A stretch of 64,000 bases of DNA, from the NCBI GenBank assembly GCA_036172245.1, contig JAYWIR010000059.1, positions 620,001 to 684,000 on the forward strand, written 5' to 3'. This DNA is from Raillietiella orientalis. Taxonomy: Eukaryota. The stretch's first letter is position 1, and every line of letters begins with the position of its first letter. Positions 47,850-60,200 of the stretch are shown here, in pieces. The position numbers were made by a program, and so were the translations under genes. The notes under the pieces were generated by a model, which saw only the letters and a program-made list of their open reading frames with translations, made no database searches and was not told where the DNA came from.

Positions 47850-50330
47850 TATTATTAAAAAAAAAAAAAAATTGGATCTTTATGGTAGATCTCTCGGTGT
47901 TACCGCGCCTTAAAACGGAAAACAAATCTCGTTAAACTCGTCAATTTTCCGATACGCAGCCCAGCGAGGTCCACTCCGGCAGCGAAGAAAAAGCGAGAAC
48001 CGGAAGCAAAAATGAACCAACAAAAAAGGGTGGGAAAGTTTTCCTCGTGGGGGGAGGAGGAGGAAAATCGAGGAAGGGATCATCACAATTCGCTACCAGG
48101 AGTCCTCTGCATCCTGACCAGGATACTGGCAAGTTCGTTCCTGCTGTTACTCAGATAAGGCCATCTCGTGGCGGTCCTCAAAAGGATTCTCAACCAGCGG
48201 ATGGCGTCCCTACCATTCTGTCACTTTCTCGCGAACTCTAGGCGAGATTAAATCTGGCATCATCAGCTAATATGAGGAAACAGTTTGGCGTCCTAGTTTT
48301 TAGCTTGGTTCCATCTTGGTTTTCCCGTTTCTTTTTCTCCTTCACAGCCAATCCCGCGAAGACAGCAGAACTGCGAACGATGCGGCCGGAGGCAGTGCGG
48401 CACGAAGAGAGTTTGAAGGTGCTCTGGGAAACGCCCACCGGGATTCTAAGGGTCGTCGCTAAACAGTCCCAAAGGGATCGGTGGGCAGCACAGTCTAGGA
48501 GTTGACGCGGGAGGGTGTCTTTTTCCTCGCACCTATCGCACTGAGCGTCCACGCTTCCCCGTTTCCTGTGATGTAGGCGTGCTTTGCATGGGATTCCTCG
48601 ATGCAAGACCAGTAGCGCCAACCAGCACGCTGGGGGTCACTTCACCTCCTCCGGAGGGACATTGAGCAGCTCAGCGTAGAAGGTGCAGATAAGGTGCAAG
48701 GGAGAAGACAATAAAGTTGATAAATAAAAAGGGGGGAAAGGGAAGGGGTGGCTGGTCACAATTCGTCGCGTCTCTTGAAACCTGAGTGCAATGCAGGCAG
48801 CGTCCTTCTCTACTCTCTCATCCTGGAAAGTCCTCTTCACCACATTCCTCATTGCTCCGGAGTTGGAGCGTGCTGTCTTTCCCCCTTGCCGACTCACTCC
48901 CTACATGTTCCGGGACGACCACGATCCTCTTGCCTCCATGCACGACCGCGATTGGGGAAGCAGATGAATGACCGTTCCGCACGCTGCGAAACCTCAGCAG
49001 ACCTTCCAAAGTGTCTCCAGGACGGTCTGAAGGCACTCCGAAGGTCACCGCGTGCCAGCAGCAGGTACGTGTATGTTTCCATGTACCCGCAGCTGGCGCA
49101 GCTCGGAAAGTCTGGCCCCGCATTCACAAATGCTGCCTGCGGTCTCGCAGGAAGCCCCAGAACTGCGCAGACAGCAAAGGCTCTTCGTGCTGCCACTGGA
49201 GGAGGAGCACAGAGTTGTCCAGACATAGAGGGAGGGATGTAACTATCTCCGAAGGCAAAATGTCCAGTTATTCCACACAGAGAAGCATCCTTCGGCGTAA
49301 AATGCAGGAGTCTCCACGTCAGCCAACTAATTCGCCAATTTCGTCGCTCCCGTTGCAGAGCACGAGATCATCCGCTCTTCCGGTTGGCAACTGCCTTTTC
49401 TCTTCTTTAGGGAAGACAGTAGTCTTCCCTAAAGAAGTCTACTGCCTATAGGGGAGAGAGGTGGTAGTGACTGGGGTCCATTTCTTCTGGTCCGTCTCCA
49501 CGTTCTCTCGGGAAACTGCCTCCCTGTGTGGAGTCGGTACGTGCGTCAGGCACCCTCTGCTCCCTGCCGCCAGGCTCTGTAGCTTGCAGGGAGTCAGAAT
49601 ATCCACTGAGTTCTTCCCTACAATGGTAGCGATCTGTCCCAGTAGGAACTCAACAGCCTCCGTACGGTCTCGGCTCGTGAGGTAGCAACGACATCGTTTC
49701 CCCCGCAACCGACTGTGCGCCTCAGAATTTCTCTCGTAGGCAGGCAGCAATGCTGCATCCGGTTATCAGCCACCAAGACCATCATCCCAGGCTGAAGCTG
49801 CAGCTCCATCATCCACAGCGTTCAGAATGACGAGCCTTGCATCCCTTCCATGGTGCGACCAGGTCTTCGTGGCGAACCTTCGGCCTTGAGAAATCCGACA
49901 GTGCTCTCCGAAAAAGACCGTCGGTTTTTCTCCTCACCTCGTACGGAGGGGGCGAAACCAAAAAAAAAGATCCATAGAGGGAATGCAACGGAGACGTTCC
50001 AAACGGGGGTCCGTTCAGGTAAGCAAAACCATCTCGGAACGGAGTCAGCTCCATTTCCGTGCCTCCTGAAGGTGCAGCTGCACCAAGCCCCTTCAGCTGC
50101 ACCAAGCCCCTTCAAGAAAGAAGTTTTCTGAGAGGCACCAAAATGCATGGTGCTGACCATGGAAATCCCCAAGAGGTTTCAGAACGGTTTTCCTGCTCGC
50201 ATCGCATCCCACAGGAACGATCCCACAGGCTTCATCCTGTTCACTCACATGACCACTCCCTTAGCGATCGGGAATCCGGCATGTATTGTCGGCGCTCCGT
50301 AACCCTGTGTAAGTGGTTGGAATTTGAGCG
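47850..50330 (-). mobile_element. L1/Tx1-like LINE RT-to-3' relic
   Basis: LLVLHRGIPCKARLHHRKRGSVDAQCDRCEEKDTLPRQLLDCAAHRSLWD (ORF 48238-48621); AYLNG RT-like segment; 3' UTR motif at 47964-47986 shared with 53019-53041. Confidence 0.8.
50075..50114 (+). repeat. 19-bp perfect tandem duplication
   Basis: CAGCTGCACCAAGCCCCTT twice, then CA. Confidence 0.9.
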
Positions 50331-50399
50331 TTTGTGAGTGGAAGATTTGCAGTGGTTAGGGGTTTGATGTCAGAAATGCCACAAAGCACCGTTGAGGAG

Positions 50400-52894
50400 G
50401 CAGCGGGTGGTGATCGTCACTTTCCTATAGAGGTGGAGGCAGCTGCCTCCAAGGAATCAAGTCCTGAGATCGGAAGGACGTGGAACCAGGTGCTTTCTAT
50501 CTCGACTCCTGCAGTCCAGACAGAATCAAATCAAGGATACCGTCCGGCCCTTTTAAATGATGTGGACCGTTTAGGACAAGCGTCGGTTGCACTCTCCTTC
50601 GCTGGAGGACTGCTCAATAGTCAACGTTGACAAGGGATAGCCGGAAGGCTCTTCTGTGCTTGGCGGGTGTCAAATCGTACAGTCGACTTGCCAGCAAGCA
50701 GGTCTCTCTCAACGGCCACTGCAGTACCCACATAACCGTCGGAGGCTCTATCCCATAACGGCAGAACATTCAATTGTGATCCACTTGAATGAATTGAAAC
50801 TGAAGATGAACGAGAGAGAGGTCCTCCGTCATCCCTCTCGGAAGTCACGACGGTACTTGCGTCCTGGACCAAGCCATATGTGGTCCCTGGAGTCGAGGCA
50901 CACTGCTCTGTGGCTTGGAAGCAGCACCGGAGGGGAAACACCTTCTGGAAGATGGTTTTGCTTGTCAGAAGGAAGATCGGCGAAGAATGCGTAGATCTGT
51001 GGTTTCCCGGGAAACCGAAAGTATGCAGCCACTGCAGCAAAACAGGGCGTGAAGAAAAGGTGGCCCGAGATAAGTTGTCATTCTCGCGGACTGACGGGCC
51101 ACATGGGAAGTCTGCGACCAAAACGACGCATGAGCAAGGCTCCGGGTTCGAGATAGAGGGAACAAAAAAAAAAGAAGATATCGCATCGAAGCTTGTGCGA
51201 CAAATAAAAAGAAAGCAGGAAACAACGACCACGATGACGGCAACTGCATGTGCCCCAGTCGACCGAGAAATTGGCAAACTCTTCCGAGAAAACGACCGAC
51301 GGAGCGGGTCAGACAGTGGTAGCACACAGAAAGAACGAAGCCACAGAAGACATATCTGCGAGTAGCGACGACGACCGAGCTATCCGCACACAGGTTCGGA
51401 CCTGCAAAGTCACGTGGCTCAATCGCAACGCGACTATCGAGGCCACAACCGAAGAGATGGCACAGGTGTGGCCAGCGAAGGCACAACCAAATTGACGATC
51501 AATGCCAACGAAGGTCACGACTCTTCTTCCCTCTCCACAGAACACGAGGTGACAGCCACGTACCGAAAAGAGAAAGCCAAAAACAAGGCCGCGAGGCGTC
51601 CCTCGGGGAGTGGGAGGGAATCTGTCGCAAAACCCTTGATTCCGAGCTGGAGCCGGAAAATCCAAGCGCGTACGTAAGTCGAAACACGATAAACCACCAA
51701 AAGGTAGCCGAAAGCGGTGAGGAGGAACTCAACCCCCAAGGAAAGAAAGGCATCATCGTGGAAGGCAGAAAGCATGCAGGCGGATGCCTTGGAATCATGG
51801 ACGCTCTTTACGAAGAACGGAGATGAGAGAGGGGAAGAGAAAGAAATGTCCGTCTGCTTCCTACCAACGAGCCTCCGAGAGCGGGACTGCCACCAGCGCC
51901 CTCTGATCTTTCAGTTTGGTGCTCTGCCGGGATCCGTGGATGTCGAGAGCGCGCGGCTGGGAAGCCGCACTGGCGTTGCGGCTCCGTGCGCTTGCGACAG
52001 GTTGGTTGTCTTCCTGCTGAAGCCGGCCGTGGAGAGCGCGGAGCGCAAAATGCTCGCTTCGAGGAGGAAGGTCGAGCGGTACAAATTGTGGCCAAATGGT
52101 CCGAACCGATTGAGCTCGTCGTTATCAGCGTTTAGGCGCCAAAAGGCTCCAACTTCCGTGGGGATCTCCGGAATCTGGAACTAGCGTAGCAAGCCTTTAG
52201 GTGGGACACTCGGGGTCGCAGCATCCTCCAGCTCCCGAGTCGATCGCCCACCAAGGAGTTCCTTTTTCTCCGCTAAGCAGCAGTTCATTTTCCACCTTGA
52301 TGGTCTTGCGCTGCTCCTTGCGTCCCTGAGGGAGGACAGTACTGAGGCAGGTGGGATAAACGAAAAAGTCTTCCTTGCGTTATCGAGGACCTTCTGCAGC
52401 TACTGAGGAGCCAATATCGGCCACGCTGCGGACAGAAGGAATATTTCTCGCTCGTGTTGTGGATCTTACCCCACGTGGGAACTGACTCCTGAAGCCAGGC
52501 AGTGCAGTTAGCGAAGAGGCAGAAGATCCAGGAGCCAAGGCGACCATCTGCCGAAGTTCATGTCCAGCGTGGGCCAGACTTCGGTGGCTGACGGCGAGGA
52601 GTGAAGAAAAGGTTTCGAATCCGGCTGCTCGTTTGGCAAGGAAACGTGCTGCAGCGCACATGGCGTCGCCCGAAGCTTGGCCTCCAGGTCAAGTCTTCCC
52701 AATGGGAGCTGACACTCCGTTCTTTCCAGCGTCAGGGAGCCCAGTCCACCATCCCAGCGCGAAACAAATCTTTCAAGAGAACCCTGGACCTCCCTGTGCC
52801 CCACAGGGCTTTTCGTAGGAGGTTCTCGGTCGGCTTTCTCGCTACACTGGAGGCTGAGCAAACAAAAAGCAACACGCCGAGGTTTCTCATCCGC
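50400..52894 (+). mobile_element. LINE 5' half (ORF1, endonuclease, start of RT), 3'-truncated
   Basis: VDLWFPGKPKVCSHCSKTGR (ORF1 knuckle, ~50995-51050); endonuclease PWNHG, SVCFL, GSRTGVA, ERYKLW, SRVDR (~52233-52247); RT-like PMGADTPFF/RQG. Confidence 0.7.
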
Positions 52895-55150
52895 TTTTTT
52901 CCAGGGCATTTATTGTAAGAAAATAATAAAAAGATACATTTTTGTGGTAGAATACGTAGTTCTACCATGTAGTAAGCAGCACATTCAACCTGCCAGATAC
53001 TAGTCGGTGCGCGGACCGGCGAGGTCCACTTCGGCAGCGAATAGAAAGGAAAAACCGGAAACAAAACAAAACAAACATGAAAAAAGGGAAGGAGGAGGAA
53101 CAAGGCAAGGGGGCCCTGTACAGTGGGATGCTATCTCCGGACAGACTGTGATCTCAAAAGCACTCTGCGCACCCGCTTCAATTCGGCCTCCCGTTCCCTG
53201 ACCAGCTGGGAAATCCAGGGTTCCAGTGGCCGACCGGCGTAACCTCTTGTTGCAACTGGAGCACCTTTTTTGTGCGTGTGTAACGTGTGTTTGTACTTTT
53301 TCGATTTTTTCGAGTCGGACCATTCCGTTGCTCTTTGCAAGAAGCGTAGGGCAAAGATAACATCCCTAGCGCGTCCTCCTTTCCCGGCATCGCTCCAGGA
53401 CGTCACGATGCCGCTGGGCGGGCAGCGAAGAGCTGCTAGGGATGCGGTAGCGACAATGCACGTCGTGCACAAAGAGGGGTTTCCGTGCGTCCCGGGGATT
53501 GACTCATGGGGTCTGGGGGATCGTCGCTGCAAAACGCTCTCGTAACGGTCGCAGAGCAAGGCAGCCCACGAGCGGGTGCAGGGAGGATTCACGTGCTCCG
53601 CATCCGCTGCAGTTTAGGTCCACCCCCCTCACCCCTGCGAAGCGCAGAAGAGCCACTCAAGAAGGAGAGTGCGGTTGTTCAAGAGCGCTAGGGGTCACAC
53701 GAAATCTTCACGAGGAATTCTCAGCAGCTCACCCCAGCGCAAAAAGCCCTTTAGGTGGAGGCACTCGGGACTGCAGCGCCTGTCAGCTGGTCTGCGATCC
53801 CGCCACCTGACGTCCCGCACCGGGAAGTGATTTCACAGATCTCCCATTTCGCTAGCAGGTTGCTGCCGACGTGCTCCCTCGGGAAGAGGGCAACCCGTCT
53901 CAGTGGCGAAGAAGGTTCCGCCCACGCACACTTGCCGGGATGCATGGCGATCTCCTGGAGAGAGTAGCTGTTGCAAAGGAGCACAGCAAGCGCCGCCGGG
54001 AGTCTGGCTAGGCTCGTTGATTTTCGCTTACGTGCGAACTGTTTCCTGCATCCAGGCACCACCGTTTGTCAGGACGGCAGGCGATGTAGGTGTTCGCCCG
54101 TGTCGGTGCAGCTACTCGCCAGGGCTGAAGTCCACGGCGAGACACTTTGTGGTAACGTCGTGCAAGGAAAGAAGAGAGTCCCTCGCAGCCGGTAGCTCAT
54201 CTGACCACGAAGAGTGCCGATTTGCATCCAGCTGGCAGTCCAGTGCTTTGCTGCTAGGGCCAAAGTTCTCCGTGTCGACTGCTAAAAGTGACTTTCACGA
54301 GCTCATCGTGCCAAAGCGGGCGCAGGTGGAAAAGAAGAGTTTGAGGGTGGTCCAAGAGCAGCAGGAGATCCATGGATTCTCGGGTTACGCAGTCTAGTGG
54401 CTTTTCCGTATCTACCGCGATAGCCAAGGTCACTAGGGTTTCCCGTGCTTTCTGGCCCGTTTCCTTTCTGGGATCTTCTAGTCTCGCGTTCACTCAGTCG
54501 AGACCCTCCTTTACAACCCAAACCATGTCTGCACAAAGACCAGGTTGTTCTCCATACTCTTTTGAGGAATAGCATACGATTGATCCGGGCTGACAGCAGA
54601 ATTTGCAATCCGCTCCAGGCGCGCGCACCGGCGGCTTTCGAGAGCAGCTTCACATACGAGTTCACCAAGGTGATCGAACTGCAGCTGCTCGAGCTGCGTT
54701 TTTGTCTCCTTTAGGGAGGATGCGGACTCGTGAGGATCGCAAGGAGGCAGGTACCTCGCACCCGACTCCCGGATCAGCATCACAAGCTTACGTATGGGAC
54801 ACAACTCTGCGGCGAGAAGCTGCAAAAACTCCGCGGGCGGTCCGTCCTCCCCTGGGTGCTGTGAGCTTCTTCAGCTTCCCAATGGCGACGGCCCTCTTCT
54901 CCATCGAGAAGCTCCGCTCGTCCAAGCGTGAGAACTCCTCCTCACTTAACACTGAAGCGCCTTCCAGGAAGCAACTGCTCCGCGGAGCCGGGCTCGACGG
55001 GTGCCTTTCCGTAGAGGGACTCTTCTACCAGTGGAGTGAAGACTTAAGGAATCTTCTTCAAAAAAGTGCAAAAATCCTTCCGTCTGATCGCTGTGCTTTC
55101 TCTGTCTACGTGAAGGGAACTCCAGTTCAAAAACGGACCTCAGCGAAAAT
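52895..55150 (-). mobile_element. L1/Tx1-like LINE RT-to-3' relic with complete terminus
   Basis: AIGKLKKLTAP/GEDGPPAEF (~KAPG.DG.P.EF, ~54825-54885); ARLERIANSAVSPDQSYAIPQKSMENNL; zinc finger NCSGCGARESSLHPLVGC (~53560-53615); hairpin 52945-52967, AATAAA 52909-52914, residual A6 tail 52895-52900. Confidence 0.88.
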
Positions 55151-55199
55151 TCGATCCGAGAAGACCGAAGATTCTGCCCCGATGGAATAGAGGAATACA

Positions 55200-55504
55200 T
55201 CTCAGTCCCCATCATCTCCTCCATCCGCCCCATCCTACAAGGCATCGATCATTTCTTCAACTTCATCTCCAAATGTGGGTTCGTAGAATCGATCCCGCAT
55301 CTGTTTTTGGTCTGCGGTGCTCTCCGGCAAAAACTGTGGTTGAGACTGAAATCAGCGCCTCTTCACCAGGATGGCACCGTCCGCGACCTGCTGCGGCGAT
55401 TCTTCGTGCTCGACAGACTTTCGACAGCGATTTCACACCCGAGTGCGCCGGGGCGTTTATTTTTCTTATGAAAAATTGGCTCCATCAATTCCTATAAATG
55501 TTAA
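55200..55504 (+). mobile_element. LINE zf-RVT tail fragment, paralog of the 18925-20080 element
   Basis: KCGFVESIPHLFLVC..LWLRLKSA..DLLRRFFV vs MWVRLASA..DLLKRFFI. Confidence 0.7.
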
Positions 55505-58500
55505 AGCCCACCAATTCCCATTGTTACACTAGAAAGAAAGGGGGGAGCCGGAGAAGTCCATCGCGTCCAAGAAGGGGGAGGGGATGAAACAAAAATAGAA
55601 AATGAAAGCAAATTATAACAAACAGCCCAAAAAACAATTAAAAAAAAACAAAAACTACTTGGGAAGAAGGAAAGGGATCACATTTCGTGGTGGGTGAGGC
55701 CTCTGCATCCGTTGAAGGATGCTGGCGAGCTCCTTCTCCCTTTCCAGGTGGGGCCACCTGAAAGCTATCTGCAGGAAGCGGATGGCATGCAGGACAGCCC
55801 CCCTCGCTCTGACCTCCCTCGGCCGCGCAATTCGCCGCGACGACACGGCGCACGTGGAACAGCGCTGTGAGTGCGGCTGCGAGTGTCATGGCGCCCCGCA
55901 CAAAGAGGGGTCTCAAAGAGTCTCTGGGATCGTCCACGGGGTGAGGAAGGGACGCGAAGAAACGTTCCCACAAGTCCTGGAGGGCGACGCACTGCACTTT
56001 GATGTAGGGGAAGGTCTACTTCTCCCCACAAATGGCACAGTTCGGCGATGCGCTCCCCCTCGTCCAGTGGTGCCGGCGCGCATTGCACGGAAGACCCCAG
56101 TGCAGTATCAGCAGCGCCGATTGCTGCCACTTGAGGGGAAGCAGCTTCCTGTCTATAAACACAGGGGGCACTTCCATCTCTTCAGGTCGAATGGAGAAGA
56201 GTTCGCCCCAACGTTCCAGTGCTTTGGAGACGGTTCTTGCTGTTGCCGCGTCAGCTGGCTGACGCGGAGTCCAGCCACCAATAGGCTTCCTGCGGGCCGA
56301 GATCTCGCAGGAAACCTCCCACTCCGCCGGTAGGCAGGTGCTATGTACTCCCACAGTGGAGGACGAAGGGGATGGCTGGTGGGTAGACCAGCTGGGTAGC
56401 CAGCTCACTACCCACCTCCTCCACTGTTCTTCCGCTGTTCTTCTGGAACTCTCCAGCGGGTAACTTCCGGCAGAGGGTAACTTCTGGCGGGATTCGGGTG
56501 AGCTGCACCCACGTCCTCACTTTCTCCTGCCTCCAGGCCGGAGTATTTTCAGAACGGCAGCGAATCCACGTGTTCGCTCTCACCAGAGCAGTGACACACC
56601 GGAGAGGGAAACCTCAAGATGGGAGCCGGCGGTGGTGACACGCAAACAGGGTTGCGAGTCCTTCGCCACCGACCTCCAGCCGGGGGAGCAAACGTGCAGG
56701 GGCGCACCAATGGTTGGCCCAGTTCTGTGCCACGAAGGCCAGTTTTTGAAAGTTCAACTGAACTTCCATGTGCCCCCAACGTCAGCAGTCCAAGTCCTCC
56801 GTCGCGAGGAGGAGCCACAAGTGTTTTGCTCGGACTCGGGATCTCCCATTGCCGCAGAGGGCTTCAAGAGTGCTATGATCGCAACCATATGTTGCATCGG
56901 TTCCATATTAACAGTTCGCCATGTGCTGAAGTCATGTTTGCAGCGAAAGGAGGCCACAGCATTGAAGCCGCCTTCATGAGGGCAGCTGCCCCATCTGCTT
57001 GAATAGTTCATCAGTGAGATCGCCACCATACATGAACGCTTCTAGGAAGGAAGAAACATGCGCAACCTTACCCTCCCGTCTTTTTTTCATTTATTTATTT
57101 CCTCCACTCTCCATTCCCTACCTTTTGGAAGCCTGCCTAGGTGCCGGTAGTTATCCCAAATTAACCTTTTTTTTTGCCGCGTCTCTTGTATTGAGGGAGC
57201 ACTGTTGTTCCCCTCTGACTTGTTTATTTTTTAAAATCAACGTTCCTGTGTCAGCGGATAAAATCCTGCCCTGGTGAAGATTACCTTTCCTCTGATTAAC
57301 CTTGCTCACGGGCAATATTGCTGCCGCTGAACTTAAGGGAGGTGCGATTATTGCTAGTTGAAAACTATACCTTTCCTCTGGAAAGAAGGACGACGCAGGT
57401 ATGGATACAGTTTCGTTTGGTACGAAAGATACCAGTCTTTCTGAAATCAAGAACACTCCGAGAGGAATTGGAATCACAAGATTCTTATCTATCAAGTTAT
57501 GCTGACGAAACTGCATCTCAGGATTTTGTTTCGAACAATTTGGGGATGAACTAAAGGAGAAGAATCCATCACAGCCCACGCAGTTTTGTTAGCTAATTTC
57601 GTGATAGAAGTAGATGTCCAGTTCTCTGAGAAGCCCTCAGGTGCGAATATCGGTACTGGTTCCTTCAAGATCATGATGCAGGAGATACGGAAGCTCCACT
57701 AGCCTTCCAGAAATAGAATGAGCAAGTCTGTGTGTCCAGTAAATGTCCCTGCTGTGTTCGATGTTCTAGGACGTCATCGGTGTTTTTGTGTGGTCAGCAT
57801 AAGGATTCCGAGTTCCTAAATCCGCTTTGCCATTTTGAGGATGCCAAGGAGCAGGCACTATCGGTGCTTGTGAGATGAGCCCAGACTCCGGAGGACAGAC
57901 ACGGAGCTGCCTCACGATGCCTTCTTTTCCTTTCTTTGCTCTGTTCAACGCCGCCGCTGCCTTCCCAGAGGGACAGCAGACGTTCCAAAATTATCGTTCC
58001 GTTCCGTCATCCCGTCTCCTGGTCCGATCACAGTGATAAATGCAGATCTGAAATGATCCGCCTACAGCGCTCCATGGTACAGCGGTCGCTTTCCTCATGC
58101 TCTTGGCTGAGGAGTCGTCCCTCTTGGTGCACAAATGAGAAAGCACTTACAACGGTTCCGGATCTGAGGCGAAGTTCCATCCCGTGCTGGACCGCTTCTG
58201 AGCTAGAAAACCTGTTTTCTTCTCGCAGCTTTCCAGACGGCGAGAAGATCGAGGCTTGCTGCATGTACCAGACTTCAATCCCGGGAACATTATGTATTTG
58301 CTGGAAGGGGTAGAGAGACTGGATGCAGTGCAGCATGATGCGCGAGATGGCCTTCTCGTGGTCTGGATGCACAAGGAAATGAAGCTGCAGCTTCCTCAGA
58401 TGGCCGAAGACTAGATGCGCCACTGGAGCCTTCCTGCATGCCACGTTCTTCGGAGACAGGCAGGTGGTCGGTTGCGGGGAAACGGCGTTACCGCTGACCC

Positions 58501-59557
58501 GCAGTCTAGACCGGGTGACGCCTCTCGACTTCCCCCCATTTCCGTCCTGCTGGAAAAGCGCCCTCTGTCACTTCGCGAGCTACCATGCATGACCACCAGA
58601 GGCAGTGGGACATCTAATGACCGCGACCGGTTCCATGTTGGTTCGAGCCGTCCACAACCTAGTCTTCCTGGGGGACGTGGGACGGAACTCGAAGAAGCAC
58701 CCTCTCAAATCTCCCTATGGGCGAGGAACGGTGGGCGGGGCGGGAGTTCTTCATAGCCGGAGTTGCGTACGAATCCCCAAAGATCTTTACAGGCCGCCGC
58801 GGAGTCCCCCAGTGCCCACACTACTGATTTGCTCCACTGGGGGGCGGATCTTCTGTGTGGTCCACCTTCGCGTCTTCCCTCCCTCGAGAGGGAAGGGGAG
58901 GCGGCTTCGTTTTTAGTGCGTTGGGAGTCGTGGTAGAAACGGTGCCAACGCTGCTGCACCAAGGGGGTAGGGCAGCTCCTTCCCGAGCTGCGACAGGTGC
59001 GGGGAGGCGGAAATGCTCCCATCTCCTCTCTTCTGTATCGCGGCGCCCTCGTAGGCAGCGGTTGTCCTGCCTTCATCGCGAAGAAGCCCCCATCCCGGAG
59101 GGCCTGCTGTTCCACGCGCGGAATACTTCCGACTGTTGCCGCGGTCTCAAGGAGGTCTGGGCCCCCCCTTGCGACCCCTGCGCTGCGCGCAGGACGGGAG
59201 CCGGGAATGGACGGAAGGCTCTACCTCCTCCTTGATGAGAGACGTGTCAAAGTGGCTTCACCTCCAACTCGAGGAGTGAGGGTAGGCGCAGCCTGAGGAA
59301 GAGATAGGCAGGTTAAATCGGCGACCCTTCTCCCTTCCCTATCTTCCTTATTTTTTTGCTCCCGAGCTCCGACACTCGTAGGGCTGACCTCCCACTTTGC
59401 ATGTTTCTCGTCCTCGGGAAAGAAACGCCTTCTAGTCTCGGATAGCCAGGTTATTTATTTAAAGTAAATAAATAAATCAAAAGAAGTGCAGTCAGAGACC
59501 GACATGTGCCGACCTGCACCCAAGGAAACTGTTCTCACTGGGGACAGAACTAAGGAA
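55505..59557 (-). repeat. Right copy of the 4053-bp inverted duplication
   Basis: Reverse complement of 14899-18951. Confidence 0.98.
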
Positions 59558-59649
59558 AGGTAAAGGAAGACGGCTCTCATAGCCATTACAATACTTTCAA
59601 CTCTTGAAACCATCCCTAGAAAGTCTTCTATTCCATGTTATTTCATGCA

Positions 59650-60200
59650 TATCTTCAGAACTCATTCATTCCCTTTGAATCTGTCCCTTAATAAACGAAA
59701 CAGAACTCACAGAAGTTCAGAACAGCCAGGAACGAGATGATGAAATGGAGTGACATCGAGTTTTTTGTCATCTGTGCAGCCTCACATATTTTGTAAATTG
59801 CATGGCCAATTTTCATTTCTTGCTTGTGACTGAGATAGTTTGGAAACAACGCAAAAGAATATGGTTGTGATCTTTCATAGTTTTGTTCCGGACAAATGGG
59901 ATGCAAATTTTACATTCCTGATGATCTGATTCTGATCGAGAGATCAAAGAAGTCACCACACAGATGGGAATCAAACAATCCTATCCAAAGGCCGCATTCT
60001 GAAGCCACGGACGCCCTGATGCTATCACCAGCATTGATGCATACCAAAATGCTACTGCTCAGCATCATCTTCTGATTGATGATTGCTTAGAAGATGTAAA
60101 TGGTAATTTCAAATAGTGACCTCCAAGAATGAGTCCTCCTGGTAGTGAAAATACTTAGCCAAAAACACAACAGAATAACTGGAACAACGCAAATTGACTA
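59650..60200 (-). pseudogene. PLS PPR relic
   Basis: QPYSFALFPNYLSHKQEMKIGHAIYKICEAAQMTKNSMSLHFIISF resembles an L motif (P+.++F.....+++.G+.IH..+...G+..+...+++I++Y). Confidence 0.55.

Noticed and set aside
14899..59557. Giant DNA transposon with 4-kb terminal inverted repeats, or a plastid-like inverted repeat
   Set aside because: The repeat begins inside a LINE tail, has no target-site duplication and no rRNA, and encloses no intact transposase or polymerase.
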